A stretch of 64,000 nt of DNA from NCBI GenBank assembly GCA_025558095.1, contig JAIVFI010000003.1:372001-436000 (forward strand), written 5' to 3'. The position numbers were made by a program, and so were the translations under genes. The notes under the pieces were generated by a model. The model had not been told where the DNA came from, did not search any database, and worked only from the letters and a program-made list of their open reading frames with translations. Numbering within the stretch: position 1 is the stretch's first letter; each line of letters starts with the position of its first letter. This document shows, in pieces, positions 1 to 11,437 of this stretch. This DNA comes from Hyaloraphidium curvatum SAG 235-1. Taxonomy: Eukaryota > Fungi > Monoblepharomycota.

Positions 1-509
1 GGGCACCTCGGCGCCGCGGCCGATGGGCATGCGCGTGTTCAGCTGGGTCGGGCAGAGCTCCTCGCACAAGGCTGCGCCCGACACGGCGGTGGCTGCGGAA
101 GCCAAGGCGGCGGCGGCGGAGCTGCGCGAGGCCGGCGAGTCGGGGGAGGCGTTCACGGCCGTGGTGACGGACGAGGCGGCGGCGGCCGCGCAGGGGCACG
201 ACTACGGGTCGCTGCTGTGGTTCTGGCTCCCGATGGCAGTCCGTGGGTGTCGACTGGTGCGCGGATGCGTCGCACGCATTGCTGACTCGCCTCCCCGCGC
301 ATCCAGTTCTGGCGTCGCTGGCCACGCTTCGCTACTTCAACTACACGGACGACATCGAGCGCGTCTTTGTGGGCTTCGTGAACCACTACCTGTTCCGCCT
401 CGTCTCGGGCGGCGCCGGCGCGGTGCGCGTGCTGCACGCGCACGCGCTCGGCGAGGGTGCCCCCATGGACGCGCTGGTGCAGCCGGCCGTCGTCGCGGCG
501 GTCGGGTAG
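1..509 (+). CDS. Hypothetical protein, probably the 3' part of a gene entering the window (intron ~243-306)
   Basis: Coding-like frame ...YGSLLWFWLPMA joins LASLATLRYFNYTDDIERVFVGF... across a GTGGGT..GCTGAC..CAG intron; TAG at 507-509. Confidence 0.55.
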
Positions 510-617
510 CGGGAATGGGAGGCGGGGATGGTCGTGTGTATATACGCAGGCTGGGTTCATGCTTTTCGGCGGAGGATAGCTAGCTCGGGGCTTTCGGTGT
601 AATCCTTTCTTTCAACG

Positions 618-1463
618 TCAGTTTGCGCCAGCGGACATTTCGCCTTGCTGTTTCCGCGCTGGAGCGGCCGACGCGAATGGGCGCCCGAGGTTCCGGGCGA
701 TGAAGGCCGCCAGGTCCGGCGCGGCCTCCTCCACCGACACCATCCTCCTGCCAAGCTCGTCCCCCAGGATCTCCACCGCCAGCGGCAGAACCTTTCCTAC
801 CGACACCGTCCCGTCCCTGGCGGCCAGCTCCGCGCTCCGAGCGCACTCTTTGGTCAGCGACGTGACCCCCTTGTCCGGCAGGCCGCAGGGCACGATGTGC
901 CCGAACCACCCCAAATCCGTGTCGCAGTTGATTGCGAACCCGTGCGCCGTCACCCCGCGCTGCGCCTGCACCCCGATGGCGGCGATCTTTTCCTCGCCGA
1001 CCCAGACGCCGATGTTTTCCGTGGTGCCGGCCTCGACGCCGAACCGCGCGCAGATCTTTATCATGGCGCGCTCCAGCGCCCGCACGTACTCGCGCGTGGT
1101 GAGGCCATAGTCTTTGAGCTGCAGGATCGGGTAGCCGACCAGCTGGCCGGGGCCGTGGTACGTGACCTGCCCGCCGCGCTCGACCTCGAAGTAGTCCGCG
1201 CCCAGCGCGCGCAGGCGGGCGCCCTCTGTGGCGTCCTCGCCGCGGATCCGCCGGCCGCCGGTGTACACGTGCGGGTGCTCGAGCAGCAGCACGACGTCGC
1301 CGATCGGCGGCTGCGATCGGTCCTCTTCGGCCAGGCGGCGCGCGACCAGCGCGTTCTGCAGCGCCAGCGCCCGCGCGTACGGCACCGATCCGAGCACCGC
1401 GTACGGCAGCGCGGGCCGCGGCGGCGCAGATGACGTGGCCAGGCACGCTGCCGCGCGCCGCAT
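618..1463 (-). CDS. LIP2: Octanoyltransferase LipB/Lip2 (mitochondrial lipoylation), intronless
   Basis: Motifs LLLEHPHVYTGGRR, ERGGQVTYHGPGQLVGYPIL, KIAAIG, HGFAIN, IVPCG. Arg/Ala-rich presequence-like N-terminus; alternative starts at 1475 or 1493. Confidence 0.95.
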   Translation of the reverse strand: MRRAAACLATSSAPPRPALPYAVLGSVPYARALALQNALVARRLAEEDRSQPPIGDVVLLLEHPHVYTGGRRIRGEDATEGARLRALGADYFEVERGGQVTYHGPGQLVGYPILQLKDYGLTTREYVRALERAMIKICARFGVEAGTTENIGVWVGEEKIAAIGVQAQRGVTAHGFAINCDTDLGWFGHIVPCGLPDKGVTSLTKECARSAELAARDGTVSVGKVLPLAVEILGDELGRRMVSVEEAAPDLAAFIARNLGRPFASAAPARKQQGEMSAGAN

Positions 1464-1612
1464 TGGGCCGTACATCGGTTGGAGGGGAGGCATCGCGGGG
1501 AAAAGGGGGGCAAGTTTGAAGCTTGGAGAGGCGCCTTCTGAGACCGGTCACGGAGCGCAAGAGCACCGTTATTCGGGGACGCGTTCAGAGAGGGAGAAGG
1601 AAGGCAGCCGTG

Positions 1613-2642
1613 ATGCTCGAGTACCTGATCCCGCTGCTGCGGGGCTACTCCGCAACGGTCGGCGTCACCACAATCATCGGCCTCGGCACCGCCGCCCTGG
1701 CCGCGCGCTTCCTGCCCGACTCGTGGCGGATTCAGGCCGCCAAAAAGGCCGAACTCGTCAAAGAGCTCGCGGCAGAAGGCCACCCCGAGGCCGGGAAGGA
1801 CTTTCTCGTGATGGAGAAACGGGAGTGGCGACGCGAGGTCCCCTACCTGCTGCGCAACGTCATCTTCCAGGTCGCCCTGTTCTCCTGGTTCGACAGCTTG
1901 CGGGCAAAGGGGATCGTCAGGCTGGCGAAAGGGCTGGTGGACAACTCGGTTCCAAAGACGGTCGCGCTGGTCGCAGGACAGTTTGCCGTGAGTCGGAGTG
2001 ACGAGTCGATGACGACGGTTTGACACGGCCCCGAATCTCGATGGAACGGACCTGGCTCCCTGCTTCCAACAGGCCTACTTCGTCGTCTTCGACGCCTACT
2101 ACTACTTCCTTCACCGGTTCTTCCTCCACGGGCGCCTGGGATGGTGGATCCATGAGGTGCGTCCCGACGGCCGACCGCTCTGATGAGACCGACGAATAAC
2201 CGCGGCCTCACAGATCCACCACAAGTCCTTCGTCCCCAACGCCTTCACGGGCTTCACCTTCCACCCCATCGAGGCGGCCATCACGGGCGGCTTCGTCCAC
2301 CTCGTCGCGTACCTCGCCAAGGGCCGCATGCACGAGGCCACATTCGCCGCCGTGATGCTGTACGGGCTGCTCGAGAACCTCTACGTGCACCTGGGGTTCC
2401 AGGTCACCCCGATGTGGCTGCAGCGCTCCCCCCTGTTCAGCTGGTACATGACGACCGCGGCGCACGACCTCCACCATTCCCGCGTGCGCTGCGCGTACGG
2501 GGGCTTCACGGTGGTCTGGGACAGGCTGTTCGACACCCTGGGCGGCGACGCAATGGAACAGTCGCTGCAGCGGGTCGAGAAGCAGGTCGAGGAGGCAAAG
2601 AGGGCGCGGGAATCCGGGCTGGCGGACCAGAAGTCGTCGTAA
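1613..2642 (+). CDS. Fatty acid hydroxylase / sterol desaturase family membrane protein (3 exons)
   Basis: After removing introns ~1988-2072 and ~2157-2214, the three His boxes HRFFLH, HEIHH and HDLHH appear, plus FHPIEA and YGGFTVVWDRLFDT. Confidence 0.9.
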
Positions 2643-2787
2643 ACGGACAGTCGAGGCAGTTGGAAGTAGTGACGTCTGTTAGGTATCGTACCAAGCTACA
2701 TACGAGTGGTTGATCGTGAGGATCCTCCGGGTATCTCTGTCTATACATAAATGACCAAATCATGCATGTTCACGGGATTGCACCAGC

Positions 2788-4702
2788 CTAGATGGAAACC
2801 TCGCGACCGAACCAGCAATCGATGTCCCAGAAGGGGAGGCCCCGATTCCGAAAGGCCTGCTCGTCGGCAAGGCTTCCTCCGTTGACGACGCATCTGATGT
2901 CCTGGATAGTGTTGATGAGGACGATGATGTCGTCCGCGCCGAGCCCCCTCCAGCGGAACGAAAGGATCTTCTTGTTGCACGCGAGGTAGATCTGGCCCAT
3001 CACGGCCACGAGCCCGCGCACCAGCCGCCTGAACGCCGCATCCAGGGACTCCAGTCCGTGTTTGACGGTGAGGCAAGCGAGGCGCACGGGCACGTCCATC
3101 GTCCGCAGCCTCGAATTGAGATCCAGCTGCCGCTTGCGGTGGGGAAGTGCCTTGTAGAACTCCACGGTCCTGTCGAACATGATGTGGATGTTCCTGCGAA
3201 GGGCCTTGAGCCGCCCAACGAAGCCGCGTGCAGCACGGACATCATGGCGCACGACGATGAGCATTTCCAGCAGGGCAAAGGCCTCGACAGTGGCGTAGTC
3301 AACGTATATCTCCTTCCTCCGCTCGGGAAGCTCGGGAAAGGAGTCGACCATGGACGAGAAAGCCGTAAACTCCCCGTCGTGCGAGAAGGGTGCGTCAAAG
3401 AGCGCTGGCACGTTGTCGGCGATCGCGAGCGCAGCCTTGCTCTTGGGATTGGCGAGCGCCGGAGGTGGCGTGAGCCTCTTCTTGACCCTGGTCTTCAGGA
3501 TGTTGAAGCCGATCCGGCACTTGTCGGCGAGGTTGAGTGAATCGTTCGAGCTGTAGGCAGGCGAGGTTGGGCTGGCCACCGCCGTCGACCCATCCAGATC
3601 CGTGTCCACGGGGCTGCGCTCCTGCTCGGAGATGTCCGCAAACAAGCCATTCTGGCTGCAGCACCGGGTGACTTCCAAACCAAGAGAGGCCCAGGCGTTG
3701 AGCTGCAGGTCAATGTTGGCATCGGCGGCGGGGACCGCGACCGGCTTCGTGACTCGGGAGTACGTTTCGACGAGGTCGGAGATGACGCTGGACGTCATGT
3801 CGGTGCCATACTCTTCCTTGCCCGAAAGCGCGTTGGCGTTGGCGGTGCGGATGGTCGCAACACTGGTTTCAACCGACTTGCGGAGGTGCGAAATAGAGTG
3901 TGCGTGAGCTGGAATAGTCTGAAAGGAACTGAAGTATCAGAGGGCTGATAGCCGAGTACCGTTGCACATGCAGCTCACCGGCTCGGTCGATGAAGGCGCC
4001 TGAACTGCGAGGTCTTGAAGGTCCTTGAGCTCGAGTGTAGCAGAGGTCTGCGCATCGAATGCCGCGACTCTGTCGAGTGAAGCAGGCTGACCAACTGAAG
4101 GCTGCGCCGTTGAAGACTGGTCGAGAATCGCGCCCCCATTCTCGGCAGAGAAGATACCGATGGTTTCGTACTGAGCGCTCCGCCGCCAGACGGACGGCAC
4201 GGGCTTCTTGACCGACTCGCCGTCCTCGAGGACCGTGAGCGTGTCGTCGTCCGCTTGGTCGAAGTACTGGGATTGGCGCGATGCTGTCAAGTAAGCGCGG
4301 GCGCCGCAGAACGGGGCCTCCACGCACCTTTGCGACGTTCAGTGGCAAGACCTCCATGACCTCGGACGCGTCGGACCGAGGGTCGGCCTCGATGAAAGCA
4401 CTCTTCAGGACGGGGCGGTGCCTTTAGCACATGTACGTGGCGAGGACGGGCGCAAGTGCGACGCACCAGCTCTTCTTGCTGGAAGTTGAAGCGCTCGAGT
4501 TGGCCGGCGGTATCGGTCCGGGCTACCGAGTCGTTGCGGGACTTTTGGGGATGAGCAAAGAGGTGTCAAACAGACGCATGTTAGCTCTCGTTTCCCGGAA
4601 GCCAACACCCACGTCGGCGAGTGCGGTCTTGAAAACGTCGTTTTCCGAAGCGGCAGCTTGCGGTGCCTTCCGTGGAGGGCGGAACGGAGTCAGGTTCGAC
4701 AT
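2788..4702 (-). CDS. Hypothetical protein (about 5 exons; disordered N-terminus, helical C-terminal domain)
   Basis: ORF pieces 4523-4708, 3937-4323 and 2788-3798 join through GTGGGT/GTGCGT/GTGAGC..YAG introns; no family recognised. Confidence 0.65.
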
Positions 4703-6182
4703 GCGCATTTGCGCGGTGGGCCCTCACCAGTGCGCTGAAGCGGTGAACGCCGCGCAGCGGCTTGGAAGACATGCTTTTTCGAGCTGACTGATTGAAGCGC
4801 AGGTCGCGGCGGCGCTAAGCAGGGGTGCTGGGGCGCGGAGGGAGCCGAGGTGTGGTTTGAGGTGGTTCGCTTGCGACTCAGCCCACCGCGCTCGCGCACT
4901 CGAGTCATCCCGTGCCGTGGCCCTAGGCAACAAGCGAGCACCACGCTCCGGGCATCGCACAGCGTTTTGAAGCGATGCTGGGCCCGCACCGGGTCTGCTG
5001 CGGGCTTAGGAAACCGCGCCGGGCCGGCGCCGCGCCGAGCGGCAATGGGGCGTCCGCCGGCTTCCCGGGCCTCTCTCCGAATCGTTCGAGCCCATGTGGC
5101 ATCCAAAACGCTTGCTTGGGTGCCGCCGACCGTCTGGCAGCCCGTCGAAGCGTCGCTTGGAGCGAGAAGCCCCCGGACCGCTGGCGTGTCAACCCCGAAT
5201 CTGGGCAATCGAGGAACTGGATCTCCGTCGGCTTCCCAGCTCCACAAGAGCTTGCAGAAACAACAATCCGTGACGGATGGTACAAAACCGTTCGTGTTCC
5301 TAAGCTGGAAGAGCCGGATAGAACTTCTTTCTTTGGATCGGGCGGAAAGCTTACGGCCGCGGTGGATCAAGGCACCGGAACTGATCTTGGAAGTCTGTGC
5401 TTATCTGAATCCGTGCACCAGTTTCAATCCCGCGCCAGAATGATGTGCATGTGTTTGCTCGACGGCGCCGCAGAAAGCGGTCGCGTTCTGCAGGGAAGGT
5501 CCGCCGACATTGCACTGAACGAAACTCGGCGCGCCGCCCGGATCAGCTCAAAACATTGCATTCAGATCGAATCCCGGATTTTGGAGGCCATCGCAACGGG
5601 ATTGTGTTCTCGGGAGAGGCCGTCGAAGGAAGGAGGTACCTCGGAACCGCGGATCCTTCAATTCCCCTCGGCGTTCAAATCCGGGCAGGTGACCCTCGAC
5701 CAGCTCCATTCGGTTGTTTTCTATTGTGTGACGTCCGTGCGGGACGCGGCGGCGCCCGACGCCCGTCCGAGCAGGCTTTGCGTTGGAGTGTGTTTGGGTG
5801 AGGGGCTTCGGAACTGATGGAATCACGTTGCGCTTGGACTCATCGCGCCCTTCGTCTCCGGCTCATCAAAGCGACTTCGGCTCCGTCTTTGCGGTACGCC
5901 GACTACTCTCGGGTCGAGAACTCCGGTGGAGCGGGGTTTGGCTCAGTGGGACACTCGCCTCCGATGATGTAATCGACTTCCGTCGTTGCAATGACAGGGA
6001 ACCAGCTGATGTACCTCATTGCGAAGAACAGTAGAAGTAGTTTATTCGTTTTGCGCTACAGATACATTGCAGTTTGCTCTTCGGCGTCATCATTCGGCCC
6101 GCGAAAGTCCGCGACTTGGGGTGACGGCTGTCCCCGATTGAGAGTCGCCCACACGGCGGCTTCCGGGGAGCGGCCCGCGGCG

Positions 6183-9100
6183 ATGGCGGGCAAGAAGGAG
6201 GTTTTCCTGGTGGAGGACGAGTCGGATGCGTCGTCCGACCGCCCGCTGAACGTCTACGAGCTGTCGGACGACGAGGGCGCGGCGCCGGCGCGGGCCAAGC
6301 TGCCCGCGGCGCCGGCGCGGCAGCCCTTCTTCGGCAGTGCGGCGGGCGGCCGCGGGCCGTCTCAGCCCGCATCACGGCCGCCGGCGCCCGAGGCGAAGGA
6401 GCGGGATCTGTGGAAGGAGTTTGCGCGCGCGCGGGAGGAGCAGAAGCGGGCGTCGGCGACCCCGCTGGCCCGGGCGCCCGCGGGGTCGGCGGCCGGCGCC
6501 TCGTCGGGCGGGACCAAACAGCCCGTCCAGGCAAAGATCGTGCTGTCGCCGAGCCGGCCGCCCGGGCTGGCCGGCAGGCCCACGCCGCCCACCGCCGCGT
6601 CCGTGCAGGTGTCCTCGACGAGCCTCTCGCGCTCCGGGTCGAGGACCGACTTTGTGGCCACGCAGCACCCCGTCGGACGGTCGCCGCTGCCGACTGCTGG
6701 ATCTGCAGGCCCGCTGGCGAAGCCGCCGGCTCCTGCTGCGACGTCGGGCTTCGGGAACTTTTCCATTTCGTCGGGAAGCTCGCGCCCCACGGGCAGCCGG
6801 GCGAGCCCGAGCATGCCGAGCTCGTCAAAGGTGCCGACCAAGCCGTTCGACCCGGCAAAGGAGTTTGCCGCCTTCCGCACCGGCTCATCGCGCTTCGGCG
6901 GCATGGCCAGCGTTTCCTACAAGACGCCCTCGGGCTTCATCCACATGGGCACGCTGCCGCAGAAGACCGCGGGCCCCAGCAAACCCTACAAACCCTCGCT
7001 GCCGGTGAAACAGCCGTCGTCGAAACCTGCGAACCCCTTGCTGGCGTCGATCCGCGCCGAGGCGAGGGCGGAAAGCAAGCAGCGGCAGGTCCAGGCGCCG
7101 GGGCCCGTTTCGGGGGTCCGGAAGCCGGGCGTTTCGCCGCCGCGGGGCAGGCCGACTTCGAGACCGGGGCGGACCGTTTTCGACAGCTCGACGCTGGAGG
7201 ACGAGGATTGGGCGAGCAACGATGCGCTGAAGGACGTGCGTTCCCTATTGCCACACCTTCCTGCGATGCTTTGTCTCACTTGTTTCGTTGCAGCTGATTG
7301 CCGACCACGAAGCATCCATGCAGGAGCGCCGCTCGGTCATGGCCGTCGAGGGCGACCCGATCAAGGTCTCGAACCGGCGCGCGGAGCGCGAAGCCAACAA
7401 GGCCTTCGAAAAGGCCAAGTTGGGCGCCGACACGACCTACCTGGACAGCGAGGTCCTCTCGTGGAGCTTCGCATCGCTCTCGGACGACCGCCCCCCGTTC
7501 GACCTGCGGACGCTGAAGAAGGTGCCGCTGGAGTTCCCCTCCATCGCCTCGTACCGGGACATTTTCAGGCCGCTACTGTTTCTCGAATGCTGGGAGCAGC
7601 TGTCCAACGCGAAGGAGGAGCTGGGAGACTCGGCTGAGCCGTTGGTCATGCGCCTGGAAGCTGTGGCCTCGGTCGACAGGTTTCTCGGTGAGTTTTCTAG
7701 CAAATGCTAAAGCAACTGGGGCCGTCCGACTCAAATTCACTTCAGAGATCACGTTCGCAGTGCAGACCAAGGAGTTCAAGCTCAACTCCGTCGGCGAGAA
7801 CGACCTGGTCAACTGCGTCCTCCGCCCCGACGACGGCTCCTCCTCCTCCGTCGCCTTCATGGGCCGCGTCATCTCCACGTCCATGCGCAAGGATGAGACC
7901 CGCACGGTGCTCAAGGCGCTGGGCGGGCACCTCCTCCCCTCGCTGCGCACGCAGAGCGCGTGGGCCGTGACACGGCTGATGAGCCTGACGACGGTGCACC
8001 GGGAGTACGCGGCGATGCTGGCGCTCGAGTACTTCCCGCTGCGGGACGAGATCCTTCGGCCCAAGAAGGGCGGGCCGCCAAAGGTCGACATGGAGAGGAT
8101 ACAGGAGGTGCGGGAGGCGTACGGGGTCAACGGGCCGCAGGCGGAGGTGATCGCGACGGTGCTCGGGGCTTCGTCGGGGTTCACGCTGTGCCAAGGGCCT
8201 CCGGGGACCGGTGAGCATGGTTTCGGGAACGCAATGAGGCCAGCTCACCCCGGTACCCAGGCAAAACCAAGATGATCCTCGCGCTCATCGCCTCGCTGGT
8301 CAAGGAGTACCGTTCCGGAGCCGGACCAGCTCCTTCCAAGGTCTCCATCAACTCGGCGAGGAAAGGCACCCACCTTCTCGTGTGCGCGCCCAGCAACGCC
8401 GGATGCGACGAGATTGTGCGGAGGCTGAAAGCTGGTTGGTCGTTGCCCCTGCGCCACGATTGCACGATGCTCATGTTCTCGCGCGACCGAACAGGCATCA
8501 ACCTTCCGAACGGAGAGACGCTCAAGATCAAGGTCGTGCGCGTCGGCACATCGGACGCCGTGCATCCCGAGAACCTGGACGTCTTCCTGGACAACTTGGT
8601 GCAGGAGGCCCTCCTGCAGAGCGACGAGTACCAGAAGCTCCCGCAGAAGGATTCCAACAAGGCGGAGCTGAATTCGGTGCAGGCCTCGCTGCGCAAGGTG
8701 CGCGAGGAGATCGACGCCCTCGAGGCCGCGAAGAAGGCCGCGGATCCGGACTCGGAGGAGATGGTGGAGGCCAGGGTGCAGCTCCGCGAGGCGCTGGACC
8801 GCAAGCGTGCCCTGCTTGCCAAGCAGGAGAACGCGCGCGGGGTGGCTTCCGAGGCCGAAGCCAGGCTCGCGGGCCTCAAGAAGGAGACGCGGGTGCGCAT
8901 CCTCGAGGAGGCCGACGCGGTGCTGTGCACCCTGTCGGCCAGCGGGCAGGACATGTTCCCGCAGCTTTCGCAGGCGTTCCAGACCGTCATCATCGATGAG
9001 GCGGCCCAGGCCGTGGAGCTCTCGGCGTTGATCCCCCTCAAGTACGGCGCCGTGCGCTGCGTGCTCGTCGGAGACCCGCAGCAGCTCCCCCCCACGGTGC

Positions 9101-10095
9101 TTTCGCGCCACGCCATCGACCTCTCGTACGAACAGAGCCTGTTCGAGCGGCTGAGGAGCGCGGGACACTACTCGCACCTCCTCAGCATCCAGTACCGTAT
9201 GCACCCCGACATCTCCGTGTTCCCTTCCACCTTTTTCTACGAGTCGCGGCTGCAGGACGGCCCCGGCCTTTCTCTCTCCACGCGCCGGGAGTGGCACGAG
9301 TGGCTTGGACCCTACGTTTTCTTCTGCGTCGAGGGACGCGAGGCTTCTTCCGGACATTCCCTCTACAACGCGCGCGAGGCGGATGCCGCCGTCGCGCTCG
9401 TCGATTCCCTCCTCAACCGATACCTGCGGCTCAACTTCAGCTCCCGGATCGGCATCGTCTCGCCGTACAAGAAGCAGGTCGGAGAGATCAAGAGGCGGCT
9501 GCGCGAGCGGTACGGCAAGGATGTCCTGAACTACCTGGATGTGAACAGCGTGGACGGGTTCCAGGGACAGGAGAAGGTGCGCGAGGACCTGCACTCGTGA
9601 ACAATCGCAGCGAATGCTGAACTATGGCTTTCTTCAGGACATCATCATCTTCTCGTGCGTTCGCGCAGGCTCCGGTAGGCTCGCTGCTGAACGTCCTGAG
9701 AATGTTGGCTGACTGGACTTCAGATCGCGGCATTGGGTTTCTGAAGGACCTTCGGCGTCTGAACGTCGGTTAGTACGAGTGATCCACCACATCTTGGTTG
9801 TTTCTGAGTTTGTGCTCCAGCGATCACCCGCGCGAAAGCGTCGCTGTGGATCCTCGGGGACGCTTCGTCACTCTCGGTCGATTCGACCTTCATGACCCTG
9901 ATCCAGGACGCCAAGAAACGGAGCTGCTTCCGGGCGTTCGACAGATCGCTCACGCAGCTGAGCTCGCATCCGCCGGACAACTGGAGGGCACGTGCTTCGC
10001 TGCCGGGGTCACCCGTCGCAGCACGGCCACCTGAGGTTGCAAAGAAACGGCCGAATAGCGGCGATTCTGTAGCTGCGAAGCGGGCGAAGAATTGA
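6183..10095 (+). CDS. Sen1/senataxin-like Upf1-family SF1 helicase (multi-exon)
   Basis: Motifs FPSIASYRDIFRPLLFLECWEQL, CQGPPGTGKT (spliced), LLVCAPSNAGCDEI, IIDEAAQ, VGDPQQLPPT, LSIQYRMHP, IGIVSPYKKQ, VNSVDGFQGQEK, RRLNVAITRAK. Confidence 0.9.
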
Positions 10096-10132
10096 TGAAT
10101 GCTGTGACGGGAGACACAAACTACCCATCCTC

Positions 10133-11376
10133 ATGGCTGCAATCGTGCGCGTGTTCACGCTCGGGCTCCTTGGAGACATCATGCTCGGCCGTCTGGTTGA
10201 CCAGCTCTTTTGCCCCGTGTGCGTTACCGGGCCACTCGCCGCGGAGGACAAGGCCTACGCGTCGCATTACCGAGAACTATACCGGCGCGAAGGTTACACG
10301 TACGGGCCGTCGAGTCCCTGGGGCACCATGCTGGAGCACTTGCACGCGACGGATTGGAACGTCGGGAACTTGGAAACGTCCCTGACCACTTCGGCCAGAC
10401 TCTGGCCGAACAAGACCTTCAACTTCCGTGCCCACCCCGATCGCGTCGAATCGCTTCGGGCCGCTCGAATCGGACACGTATCGTGCGCCAACAACCACGT
10501 GCTAGACTTTTCGGAGGAGGGCTTGCAGGATACGATCGAGAGCCTGGAACGCGGAGGCATTTCGTTCGCTGGGATTGGGAGAACGAGGGCTGAAGCTCGT
10601 GGTCCGCGCTTCCTCGAGGTGCCCTTTAGGCACGATCGATCTGCCAAGCCGATGTCGATTGCCTTCTTCTCTGCTTCGGACCATCCCGAGGATTGGGCGC
10701 AGGTGGAGGGCTTCTTCTTCTTGCCCGTGGACGACGATCCGCGACCCAAGGAGCTAGCGGAGCAGATAAAGGCCGCTAAGGCTCAGTCCGACCTGGTGGT
10801 TTTTTCTTTACATTGGGGGTAGGTTCTGAGCAGCTAGGCATGCACAGCAGCTAGGCATGCACGTTTCTGCTCAACTAGGCCTCAAGGCCAAACTATCAGT
10901 GGATTCCGAACGAACACATACAGAACCTTGCGCGCTGGTTGATCGATCAAGGAGTGGATGTCATCCATGGCCACTCGAGCCATCACGTGCAGGCCATCGA
11001 GATCTACAAGGGCAGGCCCATATGCTACGGTCTCGGGGATGCTGGGGACGACTACATCGTGCACGAGCGGTTCCGGAACGATCTTTCGTTCTTCCAGAAG
11101 CTCCTCTTCAGCGTGGTGGACGAAGACGGCAGCCGCAGGGTCGAACTCTCACACGTTGATCTGATTCCCCTGAAGATTTCCCGAATGATGATGCATCGGA
11201 TACGGAGCAAGCCGCACACAAAGGAAAACGGTGACACTTTCGAACCATCTCATGATGCCGCTGCGTACGATTTCTTGCTGAGGACAATGAAAGATCTGTG
11301 TCGACGCGCCAACGACGGGCGCGATCTCATCGGCGAGATTCCCGGCGAAGACAAACTTAGGCTCGCAGTCTCTTGA
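10133..11376 (+). CDS. CapA/PgsA (PGA_cap) family metallophosphatase-fold protein, one intron (~10819-10887)
   Basis: Motifs GDIMLGR, GNLETSLT, FNFRAHP, ANNHVLDF, SLHWG|PNY, IHGHSSHHVQ, YGLGD are characteristic of the CapA family. Confidence 0.88.
10829..10862 (+). repeat. Perfect 17-bp tandem duplication AGCAGCTAGGCATGCAC x2 inside the CapA-like intron
   Basis: Read directly: 10829-10845 and 10846-10862 are identical. Confidence 0.95.
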
Positions 11377-11437
11377 CAAGTCTACCGCGTTACAGCTCTT
11401 CGTCTTTCGCTTTTCCTCCATGACATAGACTCCGTGA

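Noticed and set aside
4523-4525. Apparent in-frame TAG suggesting readthrough or recoding
   Set aside because: The TAG is the acceptor of a GTGGGT..GCTAAC..TAG intron.
10133-11376. Poly-gamma-glutamate capsule biosynthesis locus or bacterial contamination
   Set aside because: There is no capB/capC/capD, and the gene has a spliceosomal intron and eukaryotic neighbours.
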